Assembly (NCBI GenBank): GCA_018817315.1
Contig: JAHITV010000018.1
Coordinates: 12,012-76,011 of the forward strand
DNA from: Patescibacteria group bacterium
GTDB lineage: Bacteria > Patescibacteriota > Patescibacteriia > UBA1558 > UBA10009
Direction: 5' to 3'
Length of the DNA: 64,000 nucleotides
Positions 58,579 through 64,000 of the stretch are shown piece by piece; positions within the stretch are counted from its first letter, which is position 1; every line of letters starts with the position of its first letter. The notes beneath the pieces are model-generated. The model was not told the DNA's origin. It saw only the letters and a list, made by a program, of their open reading frames with translations, and ran no database searches. A program made the position numbers and the translations under genes.

Positions 58579-59265
58579 ATGAAGAAAAATAAATTAGCTA
58601 ATAAAATTTCCATAGTTTCTACGCAAAAGTATTTGGATATTGCAGAAATCCGTGATGATTTGATTATCTTAAAAGATGGTACTGTCCGGGCAGCATTAAT
58701 GATTTCTTCGGTAAATTTTGCTTTAAAAAGTGAAGATGAACAAAACGCTATTATTCAAGCTTATGTTAGTTTTTTGAATTCCTTGGAATTTCCTTTACAA
58801 ATTATGGTGCAGTCTAGAAATTTGAATATTGATAAATATTTGGAGAAATTATCTCGTTTGGAAAAAGAACAAACCAATGAATTAATGAGAATGCAAATTG
58901 CTGATTATCGTGTCTTTTTGCAGGAACTTTTGGAGATTGGTAAAATTATGACTAAGAAATTTTATGTGGTAGTACCTTTTAGCGGAATCAAAAAAGAAAA
59001 AAGGAAATTCTGGGAACGTTTGCTGGACGTTTTTTCTCCAGCAACTTCCATAGTTATGAGCAAAAAGCAGTTTGAAAGATATCGGGAAGAAATTTCCAAA
59101 AGAATTGATTTTGTGGCTAACGGACTTTCCAGTATGGGATTAAATATTGTACAGTTAGACACTCAAAGTTTAATAGAAATTTTTTATAATATTTATAATT
59201 TTCAGTCAGCTGAAACAGAAAAAATGGCTGATGTAAATAAACTTAGAGTTGAGGAAACATTATAA
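58579..59265 (+). CDS. TraC/VirB4-N-like accessory protein
   Basis: STQKYLDIAEIRD..SSVNFALKSEDEQ..FLNSLEFPLQI; lies between PrgI and the ATPase. Confidence 0.65.
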   Translation: MKKNKLANKISIVSTQKYLDIAEIRDDLIILKDGTVRAALMISSVNFALKSEDEQNAIIQAYVSFLNSLEFPLQIMVQSRNLNIDKYLEKLSRLEKEQTNELMRMQIADYRVFLQELLEIGKIMTKKFYVVVPFSGIKKEKRKFWERLLDVFSPATSIVMSKKQFERYREEISKRIDFVANGLSSMGLNIVQLDTQSLIEIFYNIYNFQSAETEKMADVNKLRVEETL

Positions 59266-59303
59266 AATTTAAAATATCCACCTTTGGTGGAATAAGTAAA
59301 AAG

Positions 59304-61187
59304 ATGGTATTTAAAACTTCAAAAATAGAAGCAGAAGCCGCAGAGGAGAAAAAAAGATCTGCTAAAGCCTCCAAACCACAACTTAAGACCAAAGAACAAA
59401 AGGAGATTTTAGAAGCAGAGAAAGTGTATCGTGAGGGCATAACTTCAATCAAAGATATTATTTCACCTGCCAGCTTTAAAGTTGAACCAAGATTGATAGA
59501 ATTGAATGGTCAGTATTTAACCACTCTCTTTGTTATTAATTATCCTCGTTATATTAGCGTGGGCTGGTTTTCGCCGATTATTAATTACAGTTCTCCTTTA
59601 GATATTTCCATGTTCTTTTATCAGGTCAAAACAGAGATTATTCTTAAACAGTTAAAAAAGAAGGTTGGTGCTTTAGAAGCTCAATTAATGGCTGATGCCG
59701 AAAAAGGCGCGCCTCGTGATCCTTTGCGTGAAACAGCTTTAAGAGATATTGAAAAATTGCGTGATGATTTAACTCAAGGTACTGAAAAATTTTTCCAATT
59801 TGCTTTATATGTAACGATTTACGCCAAAACCAAAGAGGAGTTAGAACTTTTAGTGGAAAGAGTGGAATCAATTTTTGGCTCCAAATTAGTGTATTCTAAA
59901 AGAGCTTTGTATCAGGCAGAACAAGGATTTAATTCCTGCTTGCCTTTAGCTAATGACGAACTACAAATTTCTTTTAATATGAATTCTTCGCCTATTGCTA
60001 CTTCTTTTCCTTTTATTTCTTCGGAACTTACTTCGGACGAAGGAATTTTATACGGCGTTAACCGTCATAACAACAGTCTTATCATTTTTGACCGCTTTAC
60101 TTTACAAAATCCCAATATGGTAGTTTTTGCCACTTCCGGAGCTGGTAAAAGTTATGCGGTAAAGCTGGAAATTTTAAGAAGTATGATGATGGGCACGGAT
60201 GTGATGGTGATTGATCCAGAAAACGAATATAAATATTTATGTGATGCCGTGGGCGGAGCTTATATTAATATTTCCTTAAATTCAGAAAGCAAACTTAATC
60301 CTTTTGATTTACCTAGAGCCACTGAAGAAGCTAAACCAGCAGATATTATCAGGAGCGCAGTAATAACCTTAAAAGGTTTAATTAGATTGATGCTGGGAGA
60401 TTTGACTCATAAGGAAGACTCTATAGTGGACAGAGCTTTAATAGAAACTTATGCTAAAAAAGATATTACGGCAGATAGTGATTTAACCAAAGTTGAACCG
60501 CCATTAATGCAGGATTTTGAAGAAGTGCTTTCGGGCATGGCTGGCGGCGAAGATCTGGTAGAAAGATTAAAGAAATATACGCAAGGCACTTTTGCCGGTT
60601 TACTGAATAGTCCTACTAATATTGATGTTAAGAATCAATTAATTGTTTTTTCGGTTCGTGATCTGGAAGACGAATTAAAACCCTTGGCGATTTATACCAT
60701 TGTCAATTATATCTGGAATATTGTCCGTTCTGAATTAAAGAGACGGATTTTGGTTATTGATGAGGCGTGGTGGCTGATGCAGAGAGAAGACAGCGCTAAG
60801 TTTATTTTTGCCTTGGTTAAACGTTGCCGTAAATATTATTTAGGAGTAACTACCATTACCCAAGATGTTAATGATTTTTTAAATTCTCCTTATGGTCAGG
60901 CCATTGTCACTAATTCTGCTTTACAGTTATTGCTTAAGCAGTCGCCGGCTGCCATTAATATGGTGCAAAAAACTTTTCTCTTAACCGAAGGAGAAAAATA
61001 TTTACTTTTAGAGGGTAATGTGGGCGAAGGTATATTTTTTGCTGGTACTAAACATGTTGCTATTTTAGTCAGAGCTTCTTATACCGAAGATCAAATTATT
61101 ACTTCTGACCCACGGCAGCTTTTGGAAATTGAAGCTTCCAAAAAAGAATTTGATGCCACTCTAGCTACTAAGGAAGAAGGCGAATAA
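59304..61187 (+). CDS. VirB4-like ATPase
   Basis: Walker A ATSGAGKS, VIDPENEY, Walker B LVIDEAW, RKY..TTITQ. Confidence 0.9.
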   Translation: MVFKTSKIEAEAAEEKKRSAKASKPQLKTKEQKEILEAEKVYREGITSIKDIISPASFKVEPRLIELNGQYLTTLFVINYPRYISVGWFSPIINYSSPLDISMFFYQVKTEIILKQLKKKVGALEAQLMADAEKGAPRDPLRETALRDIEKLRDDLTQGTEKFFQFALYVTIYAKTKEELELLVERVESIFGSKLVYSKRALYQAEQGFNSCLPLANDELQISFNMNSSPIATSFPFISSELTSDEGILYGVNRHNNSLIIFDRFTLQNPNMVVFATSGAGKSYAVKLEILRSMMMGTDVMVIDPENEYKYLCDAVGGAYINISLNSESKLNPFDLPRATEEAKPADIIRSAVITLKGLIRLMLGDLTHKEDSIVDRALIETYAKKDITADSDLTKVEPPLMQDFEEVLSGMAGGEDLVERLKKYTQGTFAGLLNSPTNIDVKNQLIVFSVRDLEDELKPLAIYTIVNYIWNIVRSELKRRILVIDEAWWLMQREDSAKFIFALVKRCRKYYLGVTTITQDVNDFLNSPYGQAIVTNSALQLLLKQSPAAINMVQKTFLLTEGEKYLLLEGNVGEGIFFAGTKHVAILVRASYTEDQIITSDPRQLLEIEASKKEFDATLATKEEGE

Positions 61188-61210
61188 CATCATTATTGAT
61201 TAATAAATTT

Positions 61211-61780
61211 ATGAGCAAGAAAAAGAAATTAATTATTCTGGGTGTAATTGTTTTAGTAATTATAGGATTGGCTATTGCCTTGTTACTTTATGAAAAATTT
61301 CCTGGTTCAAAAGTCGGGGACCAAGAGCAAAAAGGAGATTTAGCTGTGGATGAAACTTTACCAAGACTGCCGGATGTTGTAGAAACTTCTAAACCGCAAA
61401 GTCCTTTAACTTCCTTGGAAAGCCGCGTTACCACAGTTGCCAGAAATTTTGCCGAAAGATTTTCCAGTTTTTCCACTGATAGTCAATACAGTAATTTAGA
61501 AGAAGTAGAAGTGCTGGCTAGTGCTCGTTTAATCAAACAATTGGAACAGATTAGGCAAGAGGTAGCAGACAATCAAGGGTATTACGGTATTACTTCCAAA
61601 GTTTTAAAAACAAAAATTAATTTTTTGGATGAAGCAAGCGGCACTGCCGAAGTAACGGTTACCTTGCAGAGAGAAGAAAGTCGTCAGGGGCAGGCACCAG
61701 TGGTTTATTACCAGAATTTGGATTTATCTTTAATTAGTTCTGGTCAAAATTGGTTAGTAGACAAAGTTCAATGGCAGTAA
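61211..61780 (+). CDS. Single-TM protein with possible VirB8/NTF2-like domain
   Basis: N-terminal TM; 'ARNFAERFSSFS...AEVTVTLQR...WLVDKVQW'. Confidence 0.55.
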   Translation: MSKKKKLIILGVIVLVIIGLAIALLLYEKFPGSKVGDQEQKGDLAVDETLPRLPDVVETSKPQSPLTSLESRVTTVARNFAERFSSFSTDSQYSNLEEVEVLASARLIKQLEQIRQEVADNQGYYGITSKVLKTKINFLDEASGTAEVTVTLQREESRQGQAPVVYYQNLDLSLISSGQNWLVDKVQWQ

Positions 61781-62634
61781 TACCTAAAACTGATAAAAAT
61801 TTAGAAGCGCTTGATCCGCAAAAGCAGGCAAGAGAGTTTGAACAACAGCAAAAAGAAGTACAAAGAGAATTTAATAAAAGACAGAGAGCTCTAAGAAAAA
61901 GTCAGGTTGATGAAGGTGCAAACAATGGAATAGGGGATGAGATTGCAGGTTTACAGCAAATAACCATGCCTGCTCAAATCACTCCACCTGTATCTGAATC
62001 AGCCGAAGCGCTTGATCCGCAAAAGCAGGCAAGAGAACTTGAAGAACAGCAAAAAGAATTACAAAGAGATTTTAACAAAAGACAGAGAGCTTCAAGAGGT
62101 GGTCAAGATTTAAACATACCTCCACCAATTAGTACTCCACTGTCTAGAAAAGGTAAACCTGCAAAAACCGCAACCGAAACTGCCAGTCAACCGTCAGCAG
62201 ATCAAGCTACAGCTCCTACGGCTGATAATAAAAGATCTTTTCGTCAAAGAGCAAAAGAAGGCCGAGAACGAATGGAAAAAGTTAAAGCTTTAGTAGAGGG
62301 ACCAGCCGCAATAGAAGGCAAGATTCAAAGATTAAAAACCATTTACCGCATAATAAATAGCGGTTCTGCTGTAACTTTGGTTGGTCTTATTGTAACTTTT
62401 TTGGTAATGAATACTCAATTATTTCTGGCTACTTTATCGCCTGTTGCCAAAATTATAAAGATTCCCTTACCTAAATTGAATTGGTTTGAAATAGCTATTA
62501 TCATCTTCTTAGATATTATTTTAGCCGTTATTTTGTTGGCAATAATCTTTGCAATTTATATGATAATTTCCTGTACCGGCGGATTTCTAGGAATTGGCAA
62601 ACCAATTAAATGTCTGTGGGGATTTACCTTTTAA
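61771..62634 (+). CDS. Hypothetical protein with internal 29-aa duplication and C-terminal TMs
   Basis: EALDPQKQARE.E.QQKE.QR.FNKRQRA occurs twice. Confidence 0.65.
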   Translation: MAVIPKTDKNLEALDPQKQAREFEQQQKEVQREFNKRQRALRKSQVDEGANNGIGDEIAGLQQITMPAQITPPVSESAEALDPQKQARELEEQQKELQRDFNKRQRASRGGQDLNIPPPISTPLSRKGKPAKTATETASQPSADQATAPTADNKRSFRQRAKEGRERMEKVKALVEGPAAIEGKIQRLKTIYRIINSGSAVTLVGLIVTFLVMNTQLFLATLSPVAKIIKIPLPKLNWFEIAIIIFLDIILAVILLAIIFAIYMIISCTGGFLGIGKPIKCLWGFTF

Positions 62635-62649
62635 TGATAAAATAACTAA

Positions 62650-63768
62650 ATGAAGCTCTTAATCTTAAAATCATCTGCTCTTAAAGCTTGTTTAATTTGT
62701 TATCTTGTTTTTGTTATTGTTTTTCTTTTGAGTATGGTGCCTGCAGTTTTTGGTCAGCAGCAAGCTGGGGAAAAATGCAGTCCTGCTAAAGATTCTATTT
62801 TATTAAGTATGCCTATTCCAGGAACTGATTCCTCTCTTTTACAATATAATCAGGCCTGCCAGATGTACGAATTTAAAGGTGATTTAACAGATTATATTAA
62901 AGCGCTTTATAAATTTTTTGTGGGCATTGCCGGGATCCTCGCAGTTTTTATGATTATGTTCGGCGGCATCCAATGGTTATTTTCCGGCGGTAATGCCCAA
63001 AAAGTTTCCTCTGCCAAAGAAACTATTTTTGGTGCGGTAATCGGACTTATTTTAGCCATTGGTTCTTATACTATTTTACAGGTTATTAATCCAAGACTGG
63101 TAAAATTTTCTAGATTGGCTGACATGGTTGTTCAGGTACAAATTGGTTCAAAAGATTGGTATGATGAAAATGGTAGGTGTAAGCCTGCTAATCAACTTCC
63201 TTGTGGTGCATATTGTGAGCCATTAGAGAATGTTGGTGGTGAGCCAGTTTTGGGTGTTTGTAGTTTTTGCACTCCTTCTATTCTTGAAGATAATTATGTC
63301 TCTTGTGGTAAAAGTAAGTTAGGATCTGAATCAACTGAAGGTGAAGGAAATTGCTGGTATGCTCAATGTCCTGTTGATGCTGCTTGTACTTATGTGGGCT
63401 CTTTTTCTTCAGTAATTTCTCCTGGTTCTGTTTTTCAACCTCAATGTAGTGGTACTATAAATATAAGTTCAGGAGAAAAATCCTATACTTATACTTTTAA
63501 CAGAAGATCGGGTATTTTAGACACTTATTATAGTTTAGAATGTGGAAATTTACAAAATCAAATTATAGTTAGGCCCTATGCTTGGTGGAATCCTACTCCA
63601 GTTAGATTGATTGGACATCGTTGGGTGGGTACAGCATGTCCTTATAATAGGAATTGTGTTATTGATATCTCAAAAGGCTATACTATAACCGGAGACATAG
63701 ATTATATACCACTTGTTTCTCATTTTAATTATATTGGTGATTTTAATGATGCTAAATGTATTCCTTAA
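62650..63768 (+). CDS. VirB2/TrbC-like pilin domain with Cys-rich C-terminal extension
   Basis: YIKALYKFFVGIAGILAVFMIMFGGIQWLFSGGN..AKETI..AVIGLILAIGSYTILQVINPRL. Confidence 0.75.
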   Translation: MKLLILKSSALKACLICYLVFVIVFLLSMVPAVFGQQQAGEKCSPAKDSILLSMPIPGTDSSLLQYNQACQMYEFKGDLTDYIKALYKFFVGIAGILAVFMIMFGGIQWLFSGGNAQKVSSAKETIFGAVIGLILAIGSYTILQVINPRLVKFSRLADMVVQVQIGSKDWYDENGRCKPANQLPCGAYCEPLENVGGEPVLGVCSFCTPSILEDNYVSCGKSKLGSESTEGEGNCWYAQCPVDAACTYVGSFSSVISPGSVFQPQCSGTINISSGEKSYTYTFNRRSGILDTYYSLECGNLQNQIIVRPYAWWNPTPVRLIGHRWVGTACPYNRNCVIDISKGYTITGDIDYIPLVSHFNYIGDFNDAKCIP

Positions 63769-63784
63769 AAATTAAGAGAATTAT

Positions 63785-64000
63785 ATGAAATTGCCGTGGA
63801 AAAAAATATTAATCTTTCTGGGTTTTTTAGTTTTTGTTATTTTAATTAGTTATGCTATTTACTATTTTTTCTTTAGACCAGCTGCTACCAGAGAACCGCA
63901 AGTTTATGATCAGTCTCAAATAGCGCTTGAGCCGGGAGAACTGCCGCAAGTTATTAATGCTAATGTGGGAGTGGCTTTACCGGGAGGCATTAGCGGTTTG
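63785..64000 (+). CDS. Membrane-anchored protein, 3'-truncated by window edge
   Basis: MKLPWKKILIFLGFLVFVILISYAIYYFFFRP... open to the end of the window. Confidence 0.65.
   Translation, partial: MKLPWKKILIFLGFLVFVILISYAIYYFFFRPAATREPQVYDQSQIALEPGELPQVINANVGVALPGGISGL

Overview
AT-rich bacterial chromosome segment in standard code 11 (TGA is used as a stop, e.g. leuS). Gene content suggests a CPR/Patescibacteria (Parcubacteria-like) organism; this is an inference. From left to right: (1) a B12-centred block with class II RNR nrdJ behind NrdR/DnaA boxes, then a cobalamin riboswitch leading a transcobalamin-like/BtuR/DUF4430/transporter operon. (2) Housekeeping genes (pilT, dedA, leuS, tsaC, rsmA, rpsF-ssb-rpsR-efp), a tRNA-Arg nested inside a broken tRNA-Arg, a 2770-aa Cys-rich surface protein and a VirB6-like protein. 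(3) The main find, about 21 kb (35.4-56.8 kb): ten paralogues, each a divergent N-terminal domain fused to a conserved C-terminal phospho-His swivel domain, plus one stand-alone PPDK/PEPS-type ATP-grasp gene. Between them lie two His-phosphatase-like genes, an APH-like kinase, a HAD hydrolase and a TA pair. This looks like a split, modular rifampicin-phosphotransferase-like dikinase system. (4) A PrgI/VirB4/pilin T4SS-like cluster. Small GC-rich palindromes are inserted in tRNAs, the riboswitch and intergenic DNA. All family calls come from visual motif recognition; no searches were run.
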